Shown piece by piece: positions 37,257 to 52,304 of a stretch of DNA of 64,000 bases. Both the position numbers and the translations under genes were made by a program. The notes under the pieces are model-generated. The model was not told the origin of the DNA. It did no database searches and saw nothing but the letters and a program-made list of their open reading frames with translations. Within the stretch, counting starts at the first letter, position 1. Each line of letters opens with the position of its first letter. The stretch comes from Tubulanus polymorphus. Lineage: Eukaryota > Animalia > Nemertea. The stretch lies in the NCBI RefSeq assembly GCF_964204645.1, contig NC_134033.1, positions 10,920,655 through 10,984,654 on the forward strand. The letters run 5' to 3'.

Positions 37257-39445
37257 GTAAGAGGAACCTTTTTTCATTGATCTTTTTCAGTCCACTCGCT
37301 ACTTCAGACGCAGCGGGTTAAATGCGATCACTTTTTGTCAGTCGGCAGATGGAATCCAGTTATTTTGGGAAGTTTTGAAGATGCTTCAATGGATCGTGTT
37401 GATATTTGGTTTGTACATGTATCTACCCTAGACACATCTCCACTCCAAAAACTGGTCCGGTCGCGATCGACGACCATTGTCTCACCACCAGGGGAAGTTG
37501 ATTATTGAATTATTCTATTCATATTGGTACCTTTTTTGCATATTTTCTAACTGCAATTAATTGCAAAATAGTAGCTCATGACATGATGAGGTGTGGTGAA
37601 TGTCAAGGTTATTGGTATCTATATGTTCACCAGAAGCATTGAATATTGAAATTTTGACATTGTAAAGCATTTCAAAACCTTCACCAAGAGGGCATGGTTT
37701 CCCTGGACCCCAGTTTCATTCATGTTTGACTATCATCAGTCTTATGATGGTTCTGGAGACATATCCAGAAATGACTAACTAATTTTTGGTTACAAAATGG
37801 TTTGTATCAATATTAATCTTTTGTACTGTAGACTTTTTTATGACTTATGTAGGTCATCTAGGATGCGGGTCATCGCTACAGCCATACTTGTAGAGCCTTC
37901 ATATTTCAGCTGACTGGTATTACTAGTGTAGTTGAAAATAACTCCCTCTGATGGAACCATAAGGAAGAGCTTCTAGTCTGATAATATTGACTATTTTCAT
38001 GTGTGGGTGAGTGGGGAGTTAGTCTGTATTAGTTCATTGGCTCCAAAAATGCTTGTTTGATCTAATGATCGAAATCATACTCTAGACTTCTGAAACTGTC
38101 AATAATATATCATAACCAGCGTTGTTTGAGTCTTTTCCTTTTTTCATTGATTTCGTATGATATGTAGACATGACTATTGTTCAGTATAGAATAACACAAT
38201 GGCCTTGACCTCAGGTGAACCCTTGCGTGCTGGTATAAATGGACTGATTGATAATAGAACATTTTTCCTTCCTGGAAGGAAAGAATAATTCGCCACATTT
38301 ATGCACATTATATACAGACCAATTGGGACAGTGTATTTCTGCTTAGAGATAGTTAGTTCTGTATAAGGGGTTCACAGCACCGGTAAAATTCATTTAGAAT
38401 TTCATCAGATCCTGAACTGTCTCTAATTATTAGGAAAGGTTCTTTACTGACACAGCTTTGCAAAATGGTTTGCTGTCCCTGTCTTTGTAATTGGTTAACT
38501 GTCCCCTTAATGAAGTGCTTCATCCAGGAATATTCACTATTCTAAAATCCCTTATTCTCAGGAATGTGTTACTGTCCTTGAATGTCAAGAACAATCCCTG
38601 GAAATAGTAAATGGGTCAGTTTTGTCAGTTCTTCAGAAATTGGCTCACGATTGCTCGTAGCATGGATTCACAGAAACACTTCATAATCCCTGATTAAAAG
38701 GATTTCAAAGTCTACCCCAAACTGGAATGAATATACTTTTTTCATATGCTGTTTTAAGCCAGGTGGATTTGTCAATATGATATGCTAATTGTGACTGCGA
38801 CTGCTGGCAATATTTGCCAGAAAAATGAACATTCTGTTTGCTCTTTAGATATCACGCACATGATAACTGACGCTATAGAGTCAATTGTGAAATCGGGGGC
38901 AATAAAGGCAAACAAATTCAAACATGAAGTAGGCAAAAATACATTTAATATCTGAGCCTATAGTACGAATAGAGTGACATTAGTTACAAGTCAATATTCA
39001 TTAACTCTTTATATCTTTATAAATGAACAAATATCAATTATCATAATCATTATATCAAGCGAAATTTGAGTTTAAAAATATTTTGATGACTCAAATGCAG
39101 TGATTGAAAGATAGGAGTAAAGGTAGGGGGCGCGAGTGTATCTTTTCAACTGATCGCGGTGAATTCATTGATTGCCCAAACAATCTACCATACGCTGACT
39201 AAATCGCCCGGCAAAGTGCCCGTATTCACCTATTTTGTTTTTCAGGCCAATTATTTACACCGGCGATCGAATAGCCAACAAATTGCTTGTCTGTCCGCAT
39301 TAGGCGTCTTCCGGTTTTTATCAACCAATAGAATGCATTGTTTATATCATGTGATAGTTTGATCGCTACGCTCCGGCTAATAAATTCACTGGTGAATTCA
39401 ATCATTGTGAGCGGGCAAAATCTACGTTCAATGTGCCCAATCTGT

Positions 39446-39803
39446 CCCTGGTTTGTCAAAAACAGTCCCTTGTTGTCACAAACGATCCCTGGATTGTCAC
39501 AAATGGTCCCTGGTTGTCACAAACGATCCCTGGTTGCCACAAACGATCCCTGGATTGTCACAAACGATCCCTGGATTGTCACAAACGATCCCTGGATTGT
39601 CACAAATGGTCCCTGGTTGCCACAAACGATCCCTGGATTGTCACAAACGATCCCTGGATTGTCACAAATGATCCCTTGTTGTCACAAACAGTCTCTGGAT
39701 TGTCACAAACGATCCCTGGTTGTCACAAACGGTCCCTGGATTGTTACAAACGATCCCTGGGTTGTTACAAACGATCCCTAGATTGTTACGAACGATCCCT
39801 GGT
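39446..39803. repeat. 20/21-bp minisatellite
   Basis: Unit CCCTGGATTGTCACAAACGAT. Confidence 0.95.
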
Positions 39804-40097
39804 TCTTGATTTTTTTCACGTTCGGAGAGACCAGGAATTCGATTTCCTGCGTGACTAAGAAACTGAGACGAAGTTAGAATATCTCGTATTGCTACTGCTC
39901 AGCTACGCGAGGAAGGAAGTTCCAGCTCTTCCTTACGGAATTCCCTTTGAAACACGATCTCACATTTAATGTCAAGGTCATTATCTGCTGCAAGGGTATA
40001 ATGATATATGAAGGATTAATCAATCCAGTGTTTGCTGCTACCTCGTATTGACAGTGTCAGTTCACTTTTCTCGCTCAGTGTCTTCTTCTTGGACTTC

Positions 40098-40238
40098 AAG
40101 GCATGCTCCTCATGACCTCTCCGAGGCATGCTGCTGATATCTCCGAGCCATGCTCCTCCTGACCTCTCAGAGGCATCCTCCTGATATCTCCGAGGCATGC
40201 ACCTGACCTCTTCAAGGCATGCTCCTCCTGACCTCTCC
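40098..40238. repeat. Degenerate tandem repeat of about 24 bp
   Basis: AGGCATGCTCCTCCTGACCTCTC variants. Confidence 0.75.
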
Positions 40239-43200
40239 GTACAGCTACACAACTGATCAATATTCTCATCTATCATTATGGCTTATTTACCTAACAAACT
40301 ACCCTGTGGTATCAGTACGGGTTCCAGGAGGCAATTTTCTATGCCTCATTAACCAAAATAAACACTTTCTATCTAAAAAGTGATATTACGTATATATATT
40401 CAGTACTGCACCGGTTCCAATCTTGCCTTCAGCGTACGCATACATTTTACATGCCTAGAGGTGCAGGGTCCTCAGAACATCGTCTAGAATTAACATAATT
40501 TATATACGAAGGCTTAAAAATCCATGAGGGAGAAAAACTATATATTTTTCGAGATTATAATGGAAAAAGACTTGAATTCTTGCTAGTCGATATATGCAAA
40601 TTGAGCAGACGCTCTTGTACCATATGGAGAAGACGTTGCGTTTAAAGATCTATGTAAAAATATTCGTACACGCAAGGTGTTTATGTCAGAACGACTTAAT
40701 GACATCTGTCGTCATCTCAGCAGACACAACACGCTAGCTAATTTGTATAGGTTTATGTATATCCCAGATCTAGATTTTATATATCGAATTTTGTCTTCAA
40801 AGCCCTTGAAACCGTAGAACTCAACAACGCCCCAAATAGAAAGGAAAACCACAAGACTTGATTGAGGCCACGATGCAATAAATAGAAACACATTTTTTCG
40901 AAATTTTCCAACAAGAAATCATCTCGCGGAGGCCTGGAATCTGATTGCAACGATTCGTTAAAGTTCTCTGGGGGATGCCTAAAACCATTCCTGCTGCAGA
41001 TCTACATAATCAGTATTTTCCCTATTTTGAAATATGGTTTAGGATATTGGTGTCGTTAAAAATTCCTTTTATGAAAATGTTAGGGCTGCATCAACCACAA
41101 ACAGCCCCATTTTCAGAAACATGGCTTCACCCTGTGCATGTGAAATTAGGTGCCCTTTTTAATCCCCAGGATCTCTAAGATGATTGAATTCTGTCTGGTA
41201 TATTCAGCTGGTCCTGTAGCTATATTCAATGTAGCAGGAAAGCTATTTCAACCGGTTAGAGACACAATTTTCTGCCTGGGATTTCACCGTCCATGATGTA
41301 TATTGTTACGACTGGATTGATGGGTGAAACAGCTCTATAAAAGTTAATCTACTGTTTATGGCTATTTACTGTCCCCTATTGATCGCTCAATCGAATGTTT
41401 CTCTTCTATTTGGAGAAAATTTAATTAAGATTCTTTGAAAGCTGTTGCTTTTCTAGGTTGTATGAGGGTTTAGAATTTACTCATCTTTTCGCTATTGTCC
41501 TCATAAATTCCGTATTTGGCTCATAGTCTGTATTTATAATACTTGCTGCCCTGGGGAATTACCTAGAGATGTGTCACCTGTGATCAAGAATTTATGTAAC
41601 TACCTTGTCCCAAATTAAAAAGCAATATGATATTTTTATATTTGATTTGAAATTTTCCCCTAAATTATGTAATGTTTTAATAGAGCCAGTGTTATTCACT
41701 CCAGGTTCAAGAATTAACTTTTAAGAAATCTGATAAAGTGGTACTTTAGTAGCCAACATTTCTCTAATGTTTGTGACCTTCTTAAAGAAAGCATATTTTA
41801 GGCAGGTTATATCATGTATGATATTTTATAGATGGCCTATGATATTCCGCATCAGTATTTCCTGGGCGGGTCTAAGGAATTGTGAAATCTTATATTGCCC
41901 AGAAGGAGTTCATCATACATTCAGATGTTTGAATATTTCATACGACAACAGATGTCTTGTGGGGATATAGCATTTCTGTTTAACAAAGCTCTCTCCAGTA
42001 GAACCCAATAAATAATCCAGGTACTGGTATATGTAAAGGACTGACTGCTACCATCAGGATTCAAACGCATCAACCCTGGATTACTGAGAATCGGGACAGA
42101 GCTGGAGCTGCTACACATCACTGACCCTAGTGCTAATTGTAACTTTTAACGTAATTGACCTGTGAAATCACTAATAGTTAATATCTTGGCTCCAAGATAT
42201 TGAAAATGGCTGCTTCATGTGATGTTCAGGAATATGTATGACTGAGTGCTCGTCACGCCATCTGGTGGGATAACTAGTATTGCTATTGCAGCTCCAATCG
42301 CTGATAAATTCCGTCTAGATACTATAGGCTCATGAATACCACCAGCATCCAAACTGATTTATGAGAGGCCATCACTCGTATCTTAAACCACTTGATCGCT
42401 CACAGAATTTAAAATCCCAGGACATTTTAGCCAAATTAGAAAAATTACGAACATTTATTCCAAGTTTTTTTGTCAGAAAACTGGCTGCATTCAAACGTAA
42501 ATGTTCACACAGATGCTTCATAGCTGAATACATTTTCAATTATGCAGATATTTTGAATCAGACGCCCGATTCTGCCGATTCTGTCGATTCACTGTTGTAT
42601 CTACTACATGACAGTTGAATTAGAAAAAAATAGAGTCTGTCTGCATAGCTGGAGGCTGTGTAACTGGGTGTGGCCGTTTAGCAATTTCTTCTCAATAAGT
42701 ACTCCCGAGTTCAGATCGGTGCGAAGCATGCTAAAAATCCGCATAAATCCGACACTGCGTAATTCGAATTGATGATGACACTCTGTACGAGTTGAATAAG
42801 TCTGCTATATCGACACAAAGCGGGTGGCTCCTGATCTAGGGGTGGCACCAGATCTAGGGTTCCGCACGGTAGTGACGCATTAATACAATATTATCAGCAG
42901 CTCCAAATCAACAGCACTTTACCGATAAAACTCAAAGAATGAATATTTAACTAAATGAAGAATTAACAGCTTTTAGAATCTCTATTCCCAATTCCTGGAT
43001 TGATGATCCTACGACTGGTTCAATAACCACTTCTAAATTCTGGAGCTGATTTTATAGACACGTTCAAATTATAACCACCTGAGTTAGTTTTAGTGAGTAG
43101 TTTTTGAAATTACTATGAAACCAGGAAAATTGCTTAGAATATGACAACATTGAAATATTGTGTAAGAATTTTAAGCGCATATATTGGCTTATACCCTTGG

Positions 43201-45302
43201 ATGAACCCGTGTAAAAAAGGGTTTCAAGTTTCATTGTACGGTAAAATGATTCATGAAAGCTTCAAACGTCGGATAATTTTCAATTTGAAAAAAATGAGAC
43301 ATCCGAACGTAATTTAATGCTATTCAACGTGCGAAGTTCAAATTTCATTGAAAGCTTTATATAGAGTCTTTTTATATTATCTACCCTTTTATCATTATAG
43401 TTCATCTTCAAAGTCGGGTGTGAAATTTAAAAATTAGATGTCATTTGTCATGTCATGTCTGGTGCGTTTAAGAAGTTTCTGTTGTTTTTTTAACCGTCAT
43501 TGTTTCTGCAAAAAATATATATATGCGATTGACAATTCATACATTTCATTATATTTCTGTGTTTATCATTTCTGTCTGTGATGTTGAATTGATCCTTTGA
43601 TGTTTTTGAAGTTGTGTCGAACGCGTGTGAGGGAAAAATTGTGTGATATTTTGCGTGTTGTTGATGAAAAGATAAAGTGATGTGTATCGCTTATTGCTAT
43701 ATATGGAAATGTGTCAGAAATCTTATATAGTCAGCTCAATTGAAACAGGAATCATCATGTGTTGGTTCAATTGATTAACAGCTAATAATCTTGACTGATA
43801 AATTAATCGTTATTACGGTTGAAAAATTCTAATCATCATATTTCGATATCGAGAGGTTCCCAAAAAAATTTTGAAGATTTAAAGAGTCCATTGAAAACCC
43901 ACAATTATTTGTATTCAAAATGTTGTGGTTCCATTAATTTCTTCATCAAAATGCTGTAGATTTCAATTGAAAATTGTGTTCATTTATTCAGCGTTTAAAT
44001 GAATACGTTGGAAAATTTAATTTTGACAGAAAAGGTGGACATGTTTTACTATATAAAGGTAGCCTATAGACCTATTAAGTCTACACATTTCTATGATTAG
44101 ATATTTAAACCTATTGTGACAGTGACCCAACCGGTGACCTCTCATGTGGCCTCATTCATCTACTCAGCAGACTATTTGACCAAGAAGAAAATCAGTTAGT
44201 CTAGCCATAATCATTGTAGTGGCACACTCTATAGAGGCTCCCGATGGGTGAAAATAACACAAGTGCTATTTGACCACTATTACCAGGAAATTATTTAGTA
44301 AACAGTAATTTAAGCTCGTATAAATATTTGCCATGGCGACTAGTAACACTGACCCAGTAATATAGAGAACTATGCGCCTATAGTCACCATATTTCAGTTT
44401 GTAGTTTGATCATAGAATATTCCATGAATTTTTGTCATCGTAAAAGGTGAATGTATTACTTAGAGTCATGATTGCCTATAGATTCAAAATGGCTCATGAA
44501 AGCAGCGTCAACCTTGTAGCTGCACTCATTGTGGAAAAAAAAACAGTCCTATGAATAAAACACCCGGCACAAATTGATATTGTTACGACATGAATTCCAC
44601 GTGGAACTCAACAATTCCCTTTTTGTCAGCATTCATTTCTCGTGCATTCAAATCGAAATCAACATTTTATGAAGGAAATCAATTGCAATTGTCGATGAAA
44701 ATCTTGTATCTTTTCTCATGCGCTGAAAAAGTTACTCTTAGTCACACGACGCTGCAACCTTGACGATCTCTGAATTAAGCTTCTAATCAGGCGTCGCTGA
44801 TACCTGAAAACGTTCATTTCCAGTCTAAACATCTCGTCACGCTTATCACCGACGAATTGGTCGCCTGTCGCGATGATTTGACGCTTTTTTTGTCCGCCTG
44901 GAGAGGAAAAATTGACAAACGAAAATTAGGATTTACGAGACGAGGGTAAGCGCGTAATTCAGACATTAATTCTCGCGTTGACGTAATTGATCTTAGACGA
45001 CTAATTCCGTTGTCGTTGCCGATCGCTACGCGACAGATAATTACTGATCAACTACCCAGACGACGCGACGGTTAGCAGACGCGTGCTCCTCGTGAAATAA
45101 AAAACAGGAGGAAAAAGTAAATAAATGCGTATTTGGTGATTTGGTGATTTCAGCGCTATTAGAACAATACCCGATAGTCACGTAACGTATTGTGGAGAGG
45201 GTTATTCTGTAATTCATGTTGATAGCCGTCATTATCAACAGTCATTAATTGACGGTGAATACAAAACTTGTGTAAATAACAATCACTGATATTTCACCTA
45301 TT

Positions 45303-45762
45303 GCCAAACACCCCCTGAATCCCTGCCACGCACCCCCTATACACCCCCTGTATCCCTATACTGCGCCCAAACACCTCCTGAATCCCTGTCACATGTCCAA
45401 ACACCTGAATCCCTGTCACGCGCCAAAACACCCCATGAATCCCATCGTACATCCAAACCCCCTGAATCCCAGTTGTACGTCCAAACACCAGCTGAATCCC
45501 TGTCACGCGCCAAAACACCCCATGAATCCCATCGTACGTCCAAACACCCTGAATCCCAGTTGTACGTCCAAACACCCCTGAATCCCTGCCATGCGCCAAA
45601 ACACCCCCTGAATCCCATTTGTACGTCCAAACACCCCCTGAATACCTGTCATGCGCCAAAACACCCCCTGAACCCCAGTCGTATGTCCAAACACCCCCTG
45701 AATCCCTGTCACGCGCCAAAACTACACCTGAATCCCTGTCGTGCGCCCAAACACCCCCTGAA
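45303..45762. repeat. C-rich minisatellite of about 30 bp
   Basis: CCAAAACACCCCCTGAATCCCTGTCACGCG variants. Confidence 0.9.
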
Positions 45763-46952
45763 TTTTTGGCCACCAACTGCATTTATCCTCACCATGTCAT
45801 CTAGTCTGACTAGATGAAATCGTAGCATTACTGCAACTTACCAATGCATAGCCATAGTCATATTGATGCAACTTACCCGTACAGAGCCATGTTCCTTTTA
45901 TTGCAACTTACCCATACAGAACTATATTAGTGTAACTGATGCAGAGCCATATTCATGTTATTAATTAGTAGTATTTCCTCGGTAGATAAGCTACAAACAT
46001 TCGTATCTGCATCGAAAAACAAATTTGCTGCATTAGTGCCGGTCCAGGTAATCTGTCCACGCAAAGTTTAGGGTAACGATCGCGTGATTGATGGTAGGGA
46101 AGAGACTTTCCTCAATTCTAGCGCGGAAAATCGGGGCACAGACATTTGACTATGGACATCACGTAGACTGTTAGCGTTATCCGGTTGATGGTAGAGCTGG
46201 GAGCACTCGACGACGGCTAATTAGTCTATTTACCTGGTGATTATGCGTCTCGTGATGTCTGTTTTACGAGTTCGTACCTGTAATAAATGTCCCTCGTCGG
46301 CGACACGGGTAAGACCTGGATATCGGGTATCGCTAGAGACGACACGAGACGACGCGAATAAATAATCCGCCAGCATTGTCATCGAGTTAAGCGGATCATT
46401 GTGTCGACATTTCCGCGGTGACCGTCGTCTATTCGCAGCGACGATAGCGACTTAGCACCGGAAAAATTGTCTCATCGGCGCGAGTTTTACACCGATCAGT
46501 TTGAACATTAACGTACTGATCGAATTGTTTTATGGTGTGAAAGATATTCGTCATTCACGATGAATAACTCGAGGGTTACTTTCATTTGAAAACCTTTAGA
46601 CAAATTTCTGAACTTTCTTGAGTGTCTGAGAACGTCTCAAAAATGGTTAATCGTGAAAACAGTTTCAGAATGTCAGGAACGCTCCACACTATTGAATGTG
46701 TGCTAACATAAACACTTTAACTGTCTCCAGTGAATGTGGTACTGGCAATGCTACTGTGTCAAGTGAAATTCCATCATTAGGTGTGGCGCCAGTTTGCTGT
46801 ACAACATCATCGCTGGATTTCTCAAACTCGATCAAAATCTAACAATAATTTCTCAAATTCTATGCATGATGTATGAAAATCATGCCACTCTCAACTTTTG
46901 CAAAATTGAGATCAAAGTTTTTGAGAATAGACTGATTTTGATCGAGTTTGCG

Positions 46953-46989
46953 TGATATGTTAGTGGCGCCATCTGACGGGATAACTGGT
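46953..46989. repeat. 37-nt sequence, exact inverted copy of 54678-54714
   Basis: TGATATGTTAGTGGCGCCATCTGACGGGATAACTGGT. A related motif occurs at 42252-42276. An adjacent 17-bp inverted repeat (about 46823 / 46934) suggests a small TIR element. Confidence 0.9.
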
Positions 46990-48319
46990 ACGCCGGTACC
47001 CGATTGTCAGTCGGTCGTATACGTTTCATTTGGGAAGTGTTCGCTTAGTCGGTATTTTTTCAATTGATTAATAGACCAGTTCTCTATAAGCTATCCATCT
47101 TAGCCGGCACGTAATATAAGCGCTGGGTGGAGTCTGCTTACCTGCGTCTGGCTCGCTGCGTCTATCGGTCTCTCGGGTGGTATGGCCTACCACCATCAAT
47201 CATACTTGTGTTTAAACGCCGCCGCCGTGGCTGCAACGCCAAAACGGATATGTGAACCGCGCCGGACTCCCCGATATCAAATGGCCACCGATAAACACCG
47301 ATTAACTCGCATGCAATGAAAAATGATTGTGTTGTTTGTTAAGCAATCTCCCGTACTGGTATCAGTCTAAAAACGGACAGACTATGAACAAATGAATCGG
47401 GATTCTCCAGATTTCTCGCTCGAGGCTGCGGTAGAAATGCCTTTAATTCACTCCTGATCGTGATCAAATTCATAATTTATAAGATCGATTTACAATTGCC
47501 ATCAATTTGCTGATTCTAATATTTTTCTCGTATTTTTGTGATGTCAAAGTGGTATCACCAGTGATGTCATACAGAAATCTTATGGACTTATTTTAGTGAA
47601 AATACTTTATTGGTTTTAACCTTTACTATTCGTCAATTTTTCATCAATTTGACAACAAAGAAAATCACTTGGTCGGTTTTTCCGCTGTTGGCTGTTTTCG
47701 ACGCAGCAGCGACGATAGACATGGCTTTCCTCATAGAAATCAATACCCAACATCCGCTGATCCATCGCATTACGCAATATATCGGAAACCTCCGGCAGCG
47801 CGATCTAACAAAAGAAGTCTCAACGTAGCAAGTCCAATGCTTACAATAACTGCGATTTTTTTGTGTGTCTGTGTTCTAATCCACTGCCAGACAATATACA
47901 ATGGGTCCGTCTGCGTAAAATGCATTTCGTGGACTGCGGCTTATGGCGTTGATAATTGCTGCTCTTGTTTAACAATCAGGATAACAAGTTGGGCGGGGTT
48001 CACTAGTTTTAATGGAGTTATTATGAAGACTACGCTCTTCATTTTTGTCTTGGATCTTTTTATTCTACAATGCTCCCGCTGCTTTGAAGAGACAGGGATA
48101 AATAGAACGCTGAAAATCACTTAGTCAAATCTCATTCTCGATGACATACATATTTAATAGAATTATGATTTGTTATTAGAATTACGGACGGAGCTTGACT
48201 GAAATTCATTGATTAAGTTTTGAAAGTCCTATTTTTGCCGTGCGTTTTCCTGAACGTGATAAAGACCGAAAAAACAAAAACTAGCGATACAATAAGAGTT
48301 TAGGATTAGAGTTAATAGA

Positions 48320-48463
48320 CAGGGGCCGGTTCCTCAGTTGAGACTTAAGTCAAAAAATGGTCTTAGATTTTAAGACTGGTCTTAAGTTGTTAGATTGGTT
48401 ATAGAACTAAGTTGGTCTTAGACTGGTCTTAAGTTTAAGCCATGACTATGCAACCGGCCCCAG
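48320..48463 (-). mobile_element. MITE family A, copy 2 (inverted relative to copy 1)
   Basis: CAG|GGGCC...GGCCC|CAG is consistent with a 3-bp CWG target duplication. Its reverse complement aligns end to end with 9770-9913. Confidence 0.8.
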
Positions 48464-49269
48464 GAGTTTAGCAGGTGACAGTCGATAGACAGGAGTTTAG
48501 GGTCAGGGTTAGGTGACAGTCGATTAGTCCTACGAGCGATTATTACGAGTTAGATAATTGCTCGTAGATTAGTCGAACGAATGTATGAAATTCGTGACCG
48601 AAACAAAGATTTCACGTTATCAATTATCAGAGTTCTATTTGTCGAGTTCTGCTTGAAAATTACGATGACAAAGCTTTGTATAAAAACATTACACAATCAA
48701 TTATTCGGTAGCTGTTGAAATTGCCGATTGTCGTCGCACGGGCGACAGACCGGGCACGGACCGGGCGACAGACCGGGTGACGCAATCTGGTGTTTTTTTC
48801 CAGAGATACGGGAAGCGTTTAATACCGAGTTAATAATCGTTAATTAGATGGATGTTGGCGCGTTGTTCAGACCACCCATGGCGCCGAATAGATTCATCGG
48901 GTACGCGCCAATGCGCCAACACGCGGCGTCGGGTAGTTTGATTGATTTTGATTATCTAATACGTTATATTTGCGTGCAGGTGTCTGGCGCGTTCATGCGG
49001 TATACGGAACACGCACGTGCTCGCGGCTGACGCTGCTGAAATGAAGATTCTTTGTGTGTTTCGTGTATATTGTTATCCCGATAATGTTACACAATGATTG
49101 CGATAAAAACTACGCCGAACATGGGCGTAAATTCCAAACAAAAACAATATCAATTGAATTGAATTGTCGAAATCATCTCCAGACAGTACTGCCCTCTATG
49201 AGGATCGATATTTGTTACGCGAATAATTATTTTGAGGAAAATCTCCTTTTATTACGCAGCACATATTAA

Positions 49270-49557
49270 CCCTTTCAGTGCATCTACACCGCAGTGCAGT
49301 GTATGAATCGGTGATGGATTTTGCTAGTACACCGCACTGCAGTGTATTGATGTGATTAGTAATTAGTTTTTATCTCTATTGAATGATGGCAGCACCTGTC
49401 AAACATAGTGAAATATTAGTAACTAACGATATACTGCACCGCGGTGTAGACGCACTATGTTGGTATTCCCATTTTTCAACACACTAGGGTGGAATTTTTC
49501 AAAATTTTCAAATTATCTCCAGCACTTTAGGGTATTGATTAGTCAGCACTGAAAGGG
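49270..49557 (-). mobile_element. piggyBac-like MITE family B, copy 2 (288 bp, inverted)
   Basis: TTAA|CCCTTTCAGTGC ... GCACTGAAAGGG|TTAA with an intact TSD. The interior is the reverse complement of 15770-16057 with scattered substitutions. Confidence 0.88.
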
Positions 49558-52304
49558 TTAATATGAGCCCAACAACAACTGCTGATTTGCAAGAATTTTC
49601 ATGATAAACTAATAATCGTAAAAGTGATTGTTTTCTATGGAGTGAACTGTAATCAAACGGTATATTTCTATGTAAAGGTTTTAAGATTTCTGTGTCTGTT
49701 TTTTTCCGGATCCTCGGTGCGTGCATAATGAACACCGCGCGGATTCAGTTCCACGTTCAACTCATAAATATTACCCCGGTTTATTTTTTCACCTCCACGA
49801 TTGAGAACATACACTGAAAAAAGTTTTTTTAGCGTAGGCGGCAGGACCCAGTTTCACAGGTGGGTTTGTGTAACGCCATTTGCCAGAATTCTTGAACATG
49901 CATTGTAAAATCATCTAGGATTTTCAATCTTTCTACTTTCCTTGCGCATCATTCGAGTTTTTAAACCTATTCGTGAAAGCCAGTTTTTGGATACAGCAAA
50001 TACGGTCTAGATCGAGCCCTGAGCTGGTCATATTTTGTGGTTGAACCGATGCTGCGTGTCCCCGCTGCTGCTGCTGCGTGTACGCGCACCGTCATTGGAT
50101 ATTATAAAAAAAATATGCCGAGACACCCCAGCGACAACCTGTAATGTCTGGTTACCATGGAAACAGATTTACCGGCTTTGATGGTTGATAATAATTTTGA
50201 GGAGACTAGAAGAGAGTGTGTTTGTAGAGTCTCATCAGTCGGTCGTGTCTTTCATCTCGCCCTCGCTGCTTCTGTTCCGTCAGTCTGGCCATCTGTGTGT
50301 CAGTATTCTCTTCACCTCTCATCTGCTAGCAATGTTTCCTCTTCTACTCGCTTTCATTTTCACCTGAGATATTTTACGTCTCTTTTTTTATCCCTCCCTT
50401 TTCAAAACATCTTCCCTGTCTCGCCTACTTTCTCAATCTCTATCTCACTCCTCTCCCTCTTCCTATTACAATTATTTGCTTATGAATTAAATGTCATATC
50501 TAGTCTCTTTCATATATTTAGCAAGGAGTCTCCATATTCTACTTATTATATTTCTTTTATTTTCGAGGACGAAAACTTTCCAAATGTAGTAAGGGAGTAT
50601 ATAACAAAGCCATTTCTACTTTGATGTTATTGTATCTTAAGTATTATTATTTCATCTTAACTATTAGTATCTGCTAATTTGTTTGTTTAGTAATTCATTA
50701 ATCCGTGTTCAGACCGATTTCCCACTAATGTATGAAACAATGAGGTCGGGTGCCGTCAGGTAGGTCGATATTATCGAGAAGATTTCCGTTATATCCTATG
50801 ATTAATCTTCAGAAATAACGAAATACGACTGAAATTGTGATATCAAAACGAGATACGGCAAATAATAAAAAACTCGGAGATGGCGGAAAAAGCGATGGAC
50901 CGGACTAGTTTGGCACTTGTCACCTGCCAGTCTGTCACATGTCTCTCTGTTTGTTCTGTTTGTAACCAATATTACGTATAACTTATAAGATTCAGAAGAA
51001 TCGTTAGATACGGGCATTCTCGCAAAGTCAGGCTTGGAGTCTGCGTGAAATTCAGACACATTGAGCAGAATTAAGTCGTCTTCAACTGAAATGTCATAGT
51101 CTTCGTCATCTATATCGAGTTAGTTCCCGAAACGACTCGTAGGCAGAAAAATAGCGTTGCTAAACTGTCTTTCACTCACACCCTCCCCTCAACTCCGGGC
51201 CCCTCTCACTCTCTTCCTGTCTTTCACTCATAACCCCCCCTCCCTCAATCTTCTCCCCCTCTCGCTCATTGTGTTGGGTCTCTTTCTTTCCCTCTTGCAC
51301 TCTCCTATTTATTCCAATTCTCACCTTCCCCTCCCTTCTCTCTCTAATTCCCCTCCCTCATTAGTTATACCTCTTCTCTCTTCTCTCCCCTCCTCTTCTC
51401 TCAGTGGCTTCTCATTGCTGTCTGGTGCGTTCAGGTGATTGATGATATTGGTAAAGCCGATTGTTGACTGGTGCACGTTGATTGATTGATTATCGGCTGC
51501 ATGAATTCATTCGAAACTCTCCTATTATCGCACGATTGGCTCCAATCAAATTCACCGATCAAATAAATAAACTTCTAAACTCTTAATTTCATCGGATCAG
51601 CGTCGAAAAATTCACTTTCGAACGCGGATTTTGTGCCCCACAAGGCGCCCCACGTTGGATCTATATTACTAAAAGCGTATGATTGATTTCACCTCGACTG
51701 TGGTGGTGGTTATTGTCGTTAGAGTTTTAATTGAGGTTTGATTTCATTCAGAGAAAATTTGTCCTGATTATGATGGAAATTTTGATGAGATTGTTGTGCG
51801 TAGAAAACTACTGTCAAACCTGGTGCATCCTCACTGATACTTTCAGTATTTTAAGCTTATGCCAAAAGACGATATATTATTTAGTACATTTTCAATTCAT
51901 TGAATAAAACCCAAAATTGAATGAAATCATAAGCGCTATCTCGACGTTTCAACCCGAATACTTTCAGCTATTTTTGAAACTGATTTATTTCAAAAAGGCT
52001 CAAAGAATGTTTTATTTCGGAAAAAGCTCATAGAATTTGAGCCAAAATATCAAGATAATTCTAAAAGTTTCTTTCGATATTTCAATGTACAGATAGTCAG
52101 TTTGTTATCTATGAAAATGAACATTTGAAATGGTTTAGACTGTTCTGGTCTATGGGAATACTTTGATCTGTAGAAGATGGCCTTGAGTGTTTGAAAGGTA
52201 GACAGACAATGTTTACGTCTTCACTGTAGTTTTTTGTGTGATTCTTCATGTTTTTCCTGGAATACACTTTACCTCAGCTATTTCTGGCCATGTTTCATCG
52301 GCGC

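Noticed and set aside
39338-39858. Overlapping repeat-rich ORFs (also 23379-23702, 45294-45817, 24777-25106, 9444-9672)
   Set aside because: They are open in several frames and on both strands because they derive from mini- or microsatellites.
47669-48124. 151-aa ORF; also the 155-aa ORF at 50157-50624
   Set aside because: No domain similarity that I recognise, low-complexity composition and no convincing splice context.
51934-51970. Minus-strand CTGAAAG...GAAACGTC, second hammerhead candidate
   Set aside because: The core is not CUGANGA and the helices do not pair.
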